Assembly: GCA_964016885.1 (NCBI GenBank)
Contig: OZ024742.1
Coordinates: 78,182,001 to 78,246,000, forward strand
From: Eledone cirrhosa
Taxonomy: Eukaryota
Length of the DNA: 64,000 nt
Reading direction: 5' to 3'
Position numbers and translations under genes: made by a program. Under the pieces are notes generated by a model. That model saw only the letters and a program-made list of their open reading frames with translations, was not told the DNA's origin and did no database searches. Shown piece by piece: positions 41,138 to 53,322 of the stretch; position 1 is the stretch's first letter, and the number at the start of each line of letters is the position of its first letter.

Positions 41138-41900
41138 TACACAGATAAAGTTTATACACATCCACACAAGACTACATAGATGTGTGCACACTATTTGGAT
41201 GGCCGTTGACTCTGCTGAGTTCTTCCTCGCTTTGACAAGACTTGTGTTTCATCCCGCAGGGTGTCCAATATCATCATCCTCGCCATGCAAGCTTGCTGGG
41301 TTTGCTGGTCAAAATTCTTAATGATAAACTGGAGATGAATGCAGGAAGATTATTTCGTGAAACATATTACATGGGTATGTGAAATAATGTCATAACTTAG
41401 ACGGGAATATTGAATCAGAATTGGTCCTTTCTTAAACCGATGTATTGCTGGGAAATTGTAGGTGCTAACAACGTTGTTATTGCACTGGTCTTTATTTCAT
41501 GAACGATTGAAAAGAAAAGAGAGTGGTAGATAAAGAGAGAAATGAGAGAAATAAAGAGTGTATATATGAGATGGAGAGAGAGAGAAATAAATAAATACAA
41601 AGGTTTCAGATTGGTTTGATATGAAACAAATTGTTAACTGATAACGTCCATAAAATGTAATGTTTAGAGAAAGTGATAGAGCCGGCATGTGCCGAAGGGT
41701 TTCTTATATGTAATCTAAAATTGATTGAGAGAATATTTCCTAGAGCATGTTATATATAGAAGGCACACACACAACAGGCACACGCACACACACATGCACG
41801 CACGCACACACATACACACACACGCACACTCGCGCGTACAAACACATATTATATACATATGGTTATACATATATATACATATACATACATATATATATAT

Positions 41901-42181
41901 ATTACGCTGTCGAAATATTCGATAAATATTCCGCTACGGCCGACGCGAAGGGCTAGTTTCGGTTATTTGTTGGAGATTTCTTCATAGAAGCCTCATTCTT
42001 ATAGCCTGGTCTATTCGATTTTTTATATAGTTAATTACGCTAATTAGGAGAGGAAATGGTATATATTTTATCTTGTGATTCTATAGACATGTTTTATGAT
42101 ATATAGCTCTGATTATTTCATTTATTAAATTTTCATTGAGCCACAAAGTGACCCGTTCCAAAACACGTATATGTATGTATG

Positions 42182-42212
<31 letters not shown>

Positions 42213-42774
42213 TTTTATATGTAGTAATCTCCCATTAGGTTGATATACAAATTTGGCTGTATTGTGCTGTGCTTTCTAGCAAAAAAGCCACCAGCCGTAA
42301 GCAACTACCACACCCCTTCCAACCTGACCGCTACTACGTCACGATTCTTAGCCATTTTGAATGAATTCTTGGCGCGATCACTTTGGAAAATTTAGTGTCT
42401 AGATCAGAGCAAATCTCCTGATGAATCTGATGCTCGAGGTACATAATTATTACATAATTATTGGAAATCTCAAAATGCGGACGAAACCATGGTAGAGGTA
42501 TTTAAATATATTCTATTTTCTCCTAGTTTATTTTACACCTAATTCTGTTTAATTGACTGTATCTGGGCGATTACGCTGTCGAAATATTCGATAAATATTC
42601 CGTTGCGGCCGACGCGAAGGGCAAGTTTCGGTTATTTGTTGGAGATTTCTTCATAGAAGCCTCATTCTTATAGCCTGGTCTATTCGATTTTTTATATAGT
42701 TAATTACGCTAATTGGGAGAGGAAATGGTATATATTTTATCTTGTGATTCTATAGACATGTTTTATGATATATA
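41901..42774 (+). mobile_element. Non-coding hammerhead element with ~205-bp terminal direct repeats (retrozyme/PLE-like)
   Basis: 41901-42105 is nearly identical to 42570-42774; hammerhead at 42411-42503; (TA)n on both sides. Confidence 0.8.
42411..42503 (+). ncRNA. Type-I hammerhead ribozyme, intact core
   Basis: aaaucuc-CUGAUGA-aUCUG...CGGAc-GAAAC-CAUG-GUA-gagguauuu; palindromic loop 3. Confidence 0.75.
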
Positions 42775-42849
42775 TATATATAAATTGCATATATATGTAA
42801 TACTAACTAAAGACCAAATCATGGCCCTAAACATATTCCTTAACAAAAT

Positions 42850-43640
42850 TGATCATAATTCTAATACTATGCCTAACCAAAACCCGAACTCGTAGTGCAA
42901 ACAAGCTCCTAACCTAATCATGAACCTAAAATTAAACCTAATACTAAACCTTAACCATGAACTATAGCCCTTATGCTAATCCTACGCTAACGATAACCTA
43001 ACGCTAGCTCTTAGCCTCAACAAATAAACTAACCGAAACAATAACACTTAACATCAAGCTCACCCTCTCCCTACCCCTAAGCAGTTAGTTAACCCTTGAT
43101 ACTACATCGTACCCTAAACCTAAACTTAAACATACCCCTAACACAAATACACATCCTAACTCGGAACACTAATCCTAAACCTAACAGTAAACCTATCCAT
43201 AATACTAGCTCCAATAACAGTAACAATAATCATAATTACAACAGTAAACATAAACATAGTAACTATTAGTTCACCCTTACACTAAACCTAACAATAGCAC
43301 CAACCCTAACCCTAAATGTAACCCTTACGCTAATTCTAACCCTAAACTTAAACATAAAACTAATCGTAACTCCAAACTTAATCCTAATTCCAAACCTAAA
43401 CCTAGCAAAAATTCTAATCCTAATAACCCTAATCATACGCCTAACCCCTACGTTAGAATTAACCCAAAAATCTAACGCTAAACCTAAAGGAAACATACGC
43501 CTAACCCTAACCCCAACCCTAGGTCTAACACTAACACTAAACCTGAAACCTTACCCTCACACCCAGCCCTGCCCCTAAACCAACCCTATCCCCAGATCTA
43601 TACCCTACCCTATCTCCGACCCCATACTGAGCCTAATGTA
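42850..43640. repeat. Degenerate (CCCTAA)n-like telomere-type repeat
   Basis: Many ccctaa/cctaa/actaa variants with rough 6-bp periodicity, e.g. 'aaccctaaccctaaa', 'cctaaccctaaccccaaccctagg'. Confidence 0.7.
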
Positions 43641-43925
43641 TTTTCACATCCATTTGTAAAGTGATAAATACGACGATTTACTGTTGGTTAACGCTTATAT
43701 ATTTGTAATCAATGTTACATCCCATCTGTAGCTGAGGATATTGTAGCATATGCACGAATTATGAATAAATATTAGTTCTGCATCTGAATATAGACCGCTC
43801 TTTTTCTTGTCGAAAATGGCACTACTCAAATACATACAGACACACATTATATATACTCCCGTGTATATATGAGAGCGTGTGTGTATATATATGCATGTAT
43901 GTAAGCATGTATGTATACATATTTA

Positions 43926-43992
<67 letters not shown>

Positions 43993-44489
43993 TATATAAT
44001 TAGAGCAAGCATCATATCCGCATTCATTGTGAATGTCATTCAGAGCATCTAAGGATTTGTATGTATTTGTAAGAAAGATAATTTACTTAATGGAAAAGGC
44101 ATAAGGAACGTAATTATCTATGAAACGAAAGCATCACCTAAGCACGTAGCAGGAATACAATATATTCTTATATCAGTATGAGAAGATGTAGATTTAATAT
44201 TAAATCCTCTCAACCATAAATCCTCTCCTGAAATCAAGAAAAACACGGCTTTATACAGATATGTATGACGATTAAAAATATCGATGTTTGACCATTTTGA
44301 TATCCACAATAATAGAACACACTTAAACAAATGGATAAAGTTAATATCTATTTTGCACTGCAGAAATGCACCAAATTAGAGCGAAAAATACTGCTGTATT
44401 AAACAAAGGGAAGGAAATATTTGCATTATGGAGCTTCAAAAGCACGTTCTAAAAAGATATTTACAACAGAATAGACGTTGGTTTTCTTC

Positions 44490-45400
44490 TTCATTTCCTA
44501 TCCGCGTTACTGAGCGTCGAGGAACAAGGATAATTGCTCCAATGCTCTCCACTTGCTTCTCTCTCTCGCTACGATCAGGCACTCCACCGGCGTTCTTCCC
44601 ATCCATTCCTTGATGATATTACTCCAGCGTCTCCTTACTTGTCCACTCGATCTTTTACCCTTGATGCGTCCCTCCCGGGTGTGGGTGTAGATGATCTAGG
44701 CCCTGATGTCATGACCAAAGATTTGTAGCTTTCGCCTCCTTATGGGCACGACCATCTGCCTTTCTATTCCCACCTCCTCCAGGACCAACTAGTTAATTTT
44801 GTGGTCCTTCCAGCTGATACACAGCATGCGCCTGTATCATGTCACAAACAACATCAGTTTGTTAACATCAATGGTTTGCAGTGTCTAGGCTTGGCAGACA
44901 TAAAGTGCTACCGGCCAAACTAGGGACTTCAGAAGCTTCAATCTGATGCTCTTCTTGAATTCATGGTGCTTCCAAAAGGTGTTGTGGGACATAAATACAG
45001 ATCTTGCTGCCTTTAGTCAGGCCCTGATCTCATTTCCACTACTCGCAATTTGATCAATGCTGGTTCCCAGGTACTTTTATTTTTATTTTTATTGACCAAC
45101 TGCTCCGGTTCCTTAGTGGCTTCTATGAATCTCGTCTTCCTGGTGTTGATCTCCAGCTGATACTAACAGAGAAGCTTTCCACCTCGTCAAGTTGTCTTTC
45201 GACTGCCTCTGGAGATGTTGCTATCAGCACGATATCATTAGTAAAACAAAAGTTTGAGATTTCGACCACTAAATTGTTACTTCGACCCAGGACAGATTGT
45301 TTGTTGATTATCGCATGGCCCATCCAAGTAGAAGTTGAAGCACGTGATTAACATGATGTAGCCCTTCTGCACACTTTTCAGGTGTTATACCTCTCCGTTA
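44490..45400 (-). mobile_element. Decayed RTE-like LINE fragment
   Basis: 'ISNFCFTNDIVLIATSPEAVERQLDEV' (degenerate F/YADD region) and downstream RTE-like blocks. Confidence 0.65.
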
Positions 45401-45581
45401 GAACTATAGGATGTAAATAAATCTTACCCGCTAGATGTTTACAATTTACAATGCACTCTATGCTTCTTGTTGTACGAAGGAGTAGTTATATTTTGACAGT
45501 GATGAAAGAGTTAATACTTGTTTGTAGTTATTACAACGAAATATATTAGAAATGTAAAATGCACTTATCCGTTTAACAATG

Positions 45582-45584
<3 letters not shown>

Positions 45585-45613
<29 letters not shown>

Positions 45614-45633
45614 CTTCTTCTTCTTCTTCTTCT

Positions 45634-45668
<35 letters not shown>

Positions 45669-45797
45669 ACTTTTTCGGGTTTTTTCTTTTTTTTCTTTTT
45701 TCCTTTTTTTTCTTTTTTATGCATTTTTCTTGTTTTCCTTTTTCTTCTTTGCCTTCTATTTCTTTATCTTTTTCTTTTTCTCCTCTCCCTTCTTTTT

Positions 45798-45872
<75 letters not shown>

Positions 45873-45883
45873 GCTATTGTTAT
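45585..45883. repeat. (TTC)n-(TTA)n compound microsatellite; 3' tail/target of the adjacent LINE
   Basis: Direct reading. Confidence 0.9.
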
Positions 45884-48800
45884 TCCTTGAATCTCAGTCA
45901 TTGATGTTGGTTAACTGGAAAGTCCGTTGGATTGAATATCAAGCCACTACCTGCAGCCTCAGATATTCAGGACGTATCGGAGGGTTCTTGCTGTTCCAAG
46001 CAAGCATGCCTTTTGAAGCGTTCCAAAAAGCGTGAAGGGGCCGATTTTCTTTAACCATCCCTGGAAACCTTTGGAGATAGTCCCCAGTGCGCCTATGACA
46101 ATCGGGATCACTTTGACTTCATGGCAGTTCCAAATCCTTTTCACCTCCCACTTTAGGTCCTGGTATCGGTTAATTTTCTCCCTCTCCTTCTCTTGCACTC
46201 TCGTGTCGAACGGGCAGGCCACATCCACAATCAGGCACGATCTTTTTTCTTTGTCCATAACCACCAGGTCAGGTCTATTGTGTTCCAGTTTTTTGTCCGT
46301 CTGTATCCTAAAATCCCACAGCACCTTCACCTGACTGTTCTCCATCACCGCCTCTGGCCTATGCTCATACCATTTCTCAGAATGTGGTAGATTGTTTACT
46401 TTGCACAGGTGCCAGTGGATCACCCTGCCCATCACATCGTGTCTCCAGCCCTTATAGTGGGTCTGGGCTAGGTGTTTACACTCGGACACAATGTGAGCCA
46501 CAGTCTCCTCTCTCTCTCCACAGATCCTGCACAGTGGGCTAGCCTCCTCCTTGTAGATATGGTGCTTCAACCACTTCGTTTTGAGGGCCTGCTCCTGCGC
46601 AGCCATTAGCATTCCTTCTGTAGCCTTTTTGAGGTCTCCTCTTCTCAACCAGTTCCATGTCTGTGGATCTCTAAATTCAGTTTTCTCAAAGAAGGTACTA
46701 TGAAGGGATTTTCCCTTAAGGCTGCTCTTCTTCCTTGATGTTATTTCCTCCTTGGACATCCCCTGGCCTACTGTCCCCTCCTTCAGTACAGTTCTGAGCA
46801 TTGGCTCCTTACTATAGGTCACGTATTTGTATAGGTTGTTTTTCTCCATCTGAACACAGTCCTCTATGCTGATAAGACCTCTTCCACCCTCAGATCTCCT
46901 TAGGTAGAGTCTATCGACATCACTCCTCTTGTGGAACATGTTGTAGATAGTCAATAGCTTCCTAGTCTTCCTATCCATTTCTTTTTGTTCAGCAACATTC
47001 CATCTCAGAATTCCCGCACTGTACCTAATAATAGACACAGCTCGGGAATTTACTGCGCTTATGGCATTTCTGCTGTTCAGATGTGACTTCAATACGCTCC
47101 TTACTCTCCGAATGTATTCAGTTCTTAACAATTCCTTCATTTTTTTGTTCTTTATGCCATCAGCCTCCAGAACGCCCAAATACTTGTATCCTTCCTCAGA
47201 GTCAATTTCCTTTATCATCTCACCTGTTGGTATCTGGATCCCGTTACTTCTGCTCAACCTACCCCTCTTCGTCACAATGACTCCACATTTACCAATACCA
47301 AACTGCATACATATATCACTGCTGAAAATACGGACAGTGTCAACAAGCACATCCAACTCCTTCTCACTTTTCCCGAAGAGCTTAAGATCGTCCATGAAGA
47401 GGAGGTGATTGATGGTAAGCTCTCCCCTTCCCAACTTGTATCCTGCTCTCACTTTTCGCAGCATAATGGTCAAGGGCATCAGGGCAAGGACAAACAACAG
47501 AGGGGACAGGCTATCTCCCTGGAAGATACCTCTCTTGATCTTCACGCTTCCCAAGGATACTCCAGTTGATGTCAACTCTGTCTCCCAGGACCCCATACTC
47601 CTGCCCAGCAACTGTCTGATATTATCTGCCACCCTGAAGACCTCCAGGCTTTTGGTGATCCAGGAATGAGGCACCATGTCAAATGCCTTTCTGTAGTCTA
47701 TCCATCCCATGGCAAGATCAGTGTGTCTCCTCCTGCAATTCCCCATTACCATCTTATCAATAAGCAACTGGTCCTTTGTACCACGTGACTTCTTTCGGCA
47801 TCCTTTCTGTTCGTACGGTAACAAGTTGTTTGTGTGGAGGTGATGGTAGATTTCCTCAGACACAATGCTCGTCAACAGTTTCCACATTACCGGCAGACAT
47901 GTGATAGGTCTATAGTTGGTAACATCATTACCCTTGATTCGGTCTTTCATTATCAGAACTGTGGTACCTTTTGTCAACCACTCTGGCACCTCACCCGACA
48001 CCAAGCAGTCATTGAACATGGCCGTCAGCTTCGGGTGGAGGGATGTTAAATGTTTAATCCAATACCCCTGCACACCATCTGGGCCTGGTGATTTCCAGTT
48101 GGTTAGTTTTTTGGCTTGCCCCTTAAGAGTTTCAACTGTGATACTCAAATCAGTCTGTTGTTGTGCCTTCTCACCGATCTCCCTCTGTACTGTCTCAATC
48201 CACCCTGCCTGGGCGTTGTGTCTAACATCCTGCTCCCATATTCCTCTCCAGAATGTTTTAGCTTATTCCGCCCCAGGGATCAAGTCGTTGCCTCTTTCTT
48301 TCCCCTCAAGCTGTCCAAACAGCATCTTCTGGTTGTTGTCGAACATGCGGTTCTGTTTATACTGACTGACCCTGTTCTCGTATCGCCTGATTTTGGCACA
48401 CTTTGCTACAATGCGTTGCTTCAATTCCTCTATGATAATATTTAGCTTTTTACTCCTAGTTTTGTATTTTATTTCCAGTCTATTTTTAGTGCCTATGTTT
48501 TTTAGTGTCCCATTCAGTAGTGACTCAAGCTTTCCTATGTCATTTCTCATTTCCCCGATTTGCCCACTCAGTCGCTTCTTCCACCACGGCTCTGCTCTTT
48601 CTTGTCTGTTGTTTCCTCTCGCTTTTATACCAAGTAGTTTCCTCACCGTATTTGCTGTTGCTTTGAGGATATTGTTGCACTGGTGAAGACTCCTCGCCTC
48701 AAGGTATGGGATGACTTTGTTTACCTTAGCTGTTGTTTCTTTTAACTGTTTCCTGTCTACAAATCTTAGGTTCATAGGTCTCCCACTATCATTGTTCAAT

Positions 48801-50430
48801 TCATCTACCACTAGATTTAGGATGTCAACCGAATCTTGTCCTAGCCCGTCAGCATTCATCTCCTCAGTGGCCGTATCTCTGTTCCAGGTATTATTTATCT
48901 CAGTATTCAGATCATTGTCTGCTTCGGGTGGTTCCTCCGTTCTCAGGACCTCCTCACCTTCATTTCCCACCGGCTCGCTTGTCTGGCATACTACACCCGC
49001 CATCTCCAAGCCATTCTCTCTGCTCAGTTCCTCCAGTTCCAGCTCGCTTATCCACCCATTAGTTCTTATTACCCGAGCCTGCCCGGCCAATTTTTGTTCA
49101 TCTAATTTAAATAAACCAATCTCGTTCCAGATGTTATGCATCCGTTTCCTGTAGCCCCTCTCCTTGGGGTTACTTTTCAGGTAGCATTGCATAACAGTTC
49201 TATTCAATTCTTTCGTCCAGTTGGTTCTGGCCCCTTTCCTTCTTCTTCTTCCTCCAACATCAGCAGTATTTGGTTGACAGTCAGGTTCCTGCTGCTGAGC
49301 CAGGGGGCACCTGTTGGGTGAGAGTCTGTCACATGACGTTCTAGTCTCCATTTCACCGTTATTCGAACTGTTTATGTTCGATATTTAAACACTCTTATCG
49401 AGGATTGGCGAATGTATGTTTACATAGCCATCTGTGGATCCGCCATCCCACTTGGCCCTTGTGTGGCATTATCACCACGCTGTATACGAACACACATAAA
49501 CAAACAAACACACGGGCAGAGAGGGCCCCACAAATGAATAAGCATAAGTTTCATTGTAATGTAGTATTCGAATGTCTGACTTAGTTTTTGTTTTTTAAGT
49601 TTTACTTTTCCCCCCCTCTTCTCTGTCCGTCCGCCTGCTTCTCTCTTCATTCTTATTTTCTTTACGTTTTTGGGGTTTCTTTTTTTGTTTTTGTTTTTCT
49701 CTGTTTGTTTTTCTCGTTTTTTTCTGTTGTTGCTGTGCTGCTTTGGTTTTGTTGTTTGTTTTTTCTTTTTTCTTTTGAGTCTATCTATATATTTTGATGC
49801 CTTCCTCTTTGTTAGTAGTAGGGATTCTATAATGTGGGAGTAGTAGCAGCCAGCAGGGAGAAGTGGGAGGCTGGCGGCGCTGGCGATACTGAGACAGTGG
49901 TGGTGGTGATGTCGATACCGAGGCAGTGGTGGCGGTGATGCGACCGTATTACTGTAGTGATGGTGCTGTAGCGGTGGCAGCAGCAGTGAAGGAGTCAAGG
50001 GGTGGTGGCGGCGGTGATGGGATAGTGGTGGTAATGATGGCCGTAGTGAGCGTTGGCGGTGAAGGTGAAAATGCTGTTGTGTTTAGTGTACACAGATGAT
50101 GGGGTGGGTGGTGTATCTAGTTTCTGGTGTTGGTGAGTTTAGCTGTCCTATATAGTGTAGCCATAGGAGAGGAGGGGGGGGGGGGTTCTTCTTCTTCCAT
50201 TTATAGCCATTTTTTGGGGGGATATACAGTGTACAATACAAAGTTGAATATTTGAATATTTGAGCCTTATACCAATATATTTTGGGTCCGAATTTTTTGG
50301 GGCTCAAGCCGGGTGCTTTGCGTAGCATTTGTACTAAGAGTTGTTATTTCACAAATGATTTAAATATGTTAAAAATTCAAAACTTACGGGAGCGATTTCA
50401 TGACCTCCGTCACCTCGTGCGTCTTCTTCC
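45884..50430 (-). mobile_element. R4/Dong-like non-LTR retrotransposon A, probably full length (5' boundary uncertain, 49560-50430)
   Basis: Single RT+RLE ORF, ~75-bp 3' UTR running into (TAA)n; the next (TAA)n upstream is at 50447-50474. Confidence 0.85.
45959..49351 (-). pseudogene. RT + CCHC + restriction-like endonuclease ORF (~1130 codons) broken by one in-frame TAA at 48263-48265
   Basis: The track ORFs 48263..49351 and 45959..48148 share one frame (…IPGAE*AKTFWRGIW…); motifs NYRPITC, IDYRKAFD, GIFQGDSLSP, LFMDD, CRIC..H..C, NRPD..IVDVACP..KINRY. Confidence 0.92.
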
Positions 50431-50474
50431 CTTATTCTTCTTCTTCTTATTATTATTATTATTATTATTATTAT

Positions 50475-53084
50475 TTGCATTTATCTTGCTTTATGTTTAT
50501 ACGAGTTATCACCAAGTCACAACCAGTGACCTCAAGAGACAACAAGGTCCGCCATGTTCAAGAAAGAACACACATATTCACACATGCATCCTTAGTGTTT
50601 AGACTTGTGATGTACTTATATTGACAGGATCTTCCTTAGTATATGGGCAGTTCCCATTAGTACTATCTTTTGTATTTCTCCTATACGCGGGTTTCCTGGG
50701 ATTTGCGATAAGTAGTCGTTAGACCCCTTAGGTATCATTCCCAGAGCGCCTACAACCACTGGTATTGTTTTAGTTCTCAATTTCCACATTTTTCCAATTT
50801 CTATCTCCAGGTCCTTATACTTGCTCAATTTTTCAAATGTTTTTATAGATACATTCTTGTCTATTGGAACAGACATATCAATTAGCAGGCATACCCTCCT
50901 TTGAAAGTCCTTCAATATTATATCAGGTCTATTTGCATCTATTTTTCGGTCTGTTTGGATGCTAAAGTTCCACAAGATTGAGATGTGATCTTTTTCAAGT
51001 ATGGGAGGTGGTTGATGCTCCCACCAATTCTTTTGATGGGGCAGGTCAAAATGCTTACACATTATCCAATGTATGTATTGTGCAGCTCTGTCATGCCTGT
51101 TTAGGTATTCGGTTGGAGCTATAGGACTGCACATTGAAATTATATGGTCAATGGTCTCTGGTTGTTTTTTGCATACACGGCATAATGAGCTGCACCCATT
51201 TTTTATTATGTTGGCTTGGTAATTTTTTGTTGGCAGACACTGATCTTGTGCGGATATAATCAGTCCTTCAGTCTCCGATTTCAGTCCAGAGGATGCCAAC
51301 CACTGATGGGTTAAAGTTTTGTCAACATCAGGATTGTTAGCTCGCTCTGGGTATTTTCCATACAGAGGCTTTTCTTGCCATTTCTTAGCCAGTTTCTGTA
51401 GCAGTTCTTTCTTTGCAGTTACTTTTACCTGCTTTGCTTTTTCTGTGTTTTCCATTTCAGCAGTAAATGGGACTTCTGAAATTTGTAGTCCATTACTGTA
51501 TCTTTGTGCATCTTTTGTAATGGAATATGATCTTTTGGTGCTTTCGTGTTTCAAAACGAGTTTGATCATCCAATCATGTGATTCCCTTAGATATGTGGAT
51601 AATCCAATTGTTGCAGTTTTCAACGCAATGTCTAACTGGATTAACCCACGTCCTCCTTCTTTCCTAGGGAGATATATTCTATCTATGTCTGCCTTAGGGT
51701 GATGCATTCTGTGCATGGTTAAGAATTTTCGGATTTTTGTATCGAGCCTACGGATCTCTGTGCTTGACCAGTTGATGACATTGTAACTGTAGGTTACTAC
51801 TGGTATGGCAAGCGTGTTTATGGCATCGATCCTATTCCTTGCATTCAATTCCGTTCTTAAGATTGCTCTGACTCTGCGGTAACATTCCTTCCTTATCCTT
51901 TCCCTCATTGTCGAGTGCTTGATTCCGTCTCCTTCACAAACACCTAGATATTTGTAAGTTTGTTCTTGATCAAGCTCTCTTATCACGTTCCCCCGATCAA
52001 GATTAATGTCTGAACTCTTCAGCAGCTTTCCTCTGGTGAACGTTGCTTTGGCGCATTTATCCAGTCCAAACTCCATTTTAATGTCATCACTGAACTGCTT
52101 CACAGTGGACAATAGCCCTTGCAATTGTTCATCATTTTTTGCGAATAGTTTCAGGTCATCCATGTAGAACAGGTGATTAATGGTTTTGTCATAGACTCTA
52201 TATCCATGTTTTGTTTCATTGAACATTTTACTTAATGGTATAAGTGCGATGCAGAATAAAAGCGGTGATAAAGAGTCACCCTGAAAAATTCCACAATTAA
52301 TGTTAACTTCTCCAGCTTCCAGTGATTTTGTTTCACTATTCAAAAGGAGTGTCGTTCTCCATGTCCTCATACTGAATGACAAAAACCTCCTGACAACGGG
52401 GGATATTTTGAAAATCTCTAAACATTTTTCAATCCAACTGTGTGGCAAACTATCAAATGCTTTTTTATAATCTATACAAGCAATCGATAGATTTTTGTGT
52501 CTATTATGACAATCTTCCAGTATCATTTTGTTAACCAGAAGCTGATCCCTACAGCCATATGAGCCTCGTTTACACCCTTTCTGCTCAATGGGAAATAGGT
52601 CATTTGTTATCAGGTGGTCATATGTGTATTCAGTTAGGACTGATGTTAAAATTTTATACATTGTGGTCAAGCAGGTTATCGGTCCGTAATTTTTGGGATT
52701 GTTTGTCTCATCATTCTTCGGTAGCAGGAATGTAATGCCGTTAACTAGCCATGATGGTATCTTTTCTGGCTCCTTAACTATTTCATTGTAAAGTTGGGCT
52801 AACAGCTCATGAGACTCTGTGAAGGCATTTATCCAAAAGTTTTGTATTTTGTCTTTTCCTGGGGATTTCCATTTGCTGGTTTTTCTTAGAGCCAAGCGCA
52901 GCTGTTCAACTGTTATATTTTCCCATGTTTGTTCTTCAAGGTGAGCTGTTTCTTTCATTTGTCTGTCTATCCATGGGGCATGTATGTTATGAACTTTTTC
53001 TTCGGCCCAGATCTTTTCCCAGAATTCTTGCACTTCCTCCTTGGGTGGTATTGATTTAGCAGTTATTGTTGACTTACCAATTTT
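50475..53084 (-). mobile_element. R4/Dong-like retrotransposon B, 5'-truncated, (TAA)n at both ends
   Basis: The reading frame runs up to the (TTA)n at 53085-53109; 3' tail (TAA)n at 50447-50474. Confidence 0.9.
50616..53033 (-). CDS. Open RT + CCHC + RLE reading frame of element B (N-terminus missing; frame continues to about 53084)
   Basis: IDYKKAFD, GIFQGDSLSP, FYMDD, CRVC..H..C, NRPDII..LIDMSVP..KLSKY; substitutions NYGP (for NYRP) and IACID (for IAWID) suggest early decay. Confidence 0.88.
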   Translation of the reverse strand: MQEFWEKIWAEEKVHNIHAPWIDRQMKETAHLEEQTWENITVEQLRLALRKTSKWKSPGKDKIQNFWINAFTESHELLAQLYNEIVKEPEKIPSWLVNGITFLLPKNDETNNPKNYGPITCLTTMYKILTSVLTEYTYDHLITNDLFPIEQKGCKRGSYGCRDQLLVNKMILEDCHNRHKNLSIACIDYKKAFDSLPHSWIEKCLEIFKISPVVRRFLSFSMRTWRTTLLLNSETKSLEAGEVNINCGIFQGDSLSPLLFCIALIPLSKMFNETKHGYRVYDKTINHLFYMDDLKLFAKNDEQLQGLLSTVKQFSDDIKMEFGLDKCAKATFTRGKLLKSSDINLDRGNVIRELDQEQTYKYLGVCEGDGIKHSTMRERIRKECYRRVRAILRTELNARNRIDAINTLAIPVVTYSYNVINWSSTEIRRLDTKIRKFLTMHRMHHPKADIDRIYLPRKEGGRGLIQLDIALKTATIGLSTYLRESHDWMIKLVLKHESTKRSYSITKDAQRYSNGLQISEVPFTAEMENTEKAKQVKVTAKKELLQKLAKKWQEKPLYGKYPERANNPDVDKTLTHQWLASSGLKSETEGLIISAQDQCLPTKNYQANIIKNGCSSLCRVCKKQPETIDHIISMCSPIAPTEYLNRHDRAAQYIHWIMCKHFDLPHQKNWWEHQPPPILEKDHISILWNFSIQTDRKIDANRPDIILKDFQRRVCLLIDMSVPIDKNVSIKTFEKLSKYKDLEIEIGKMWKLRTKTIPVVVGALGMIPKGSNDYLSQIPGNPRIGEIQKIVLMGTAHILRKILSI

Positions 53085-53322
53085 TATTATTATTATTATT
53101 ATTATTATTGAATGCCATGGTTGACGGAGGCTCGGCTCTGTAAGGTATAGTAATTTTTAACCGTTAAAACAATTGTAAATTGTTTAAAACTTGAACCAAA
53201 TTGTTGATAAAGACACCCTCCTCCTCGTGAGAGGGGTCTTTCTGTCCGTTATTTGGCCCTTCGGGGTTAAATAACCAGTTATTGGGGTTTTGTACCCAAA
53301 ATTTCATTTTAAACAAAAAAAC

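Larger units (their letters stand above)
39446..42848. repeat. Left arm of a large inverted duplication (partner 61033-63940)
   Basis: 39446-41900 is a highly similar reverse complement of 61640-63940; the inner 24-mer 42825-42848 is the reverse complement of 61033-61056. Confidence 0.95.

Noticed and set aside
49380-49540. HDV-like ribozyme upstream of element A ORF (ggccct/agggcc pairing on -)
   Set aside because: Could not assign P1.1, P2 and the catalytic C by eye; needs a descriptor search.
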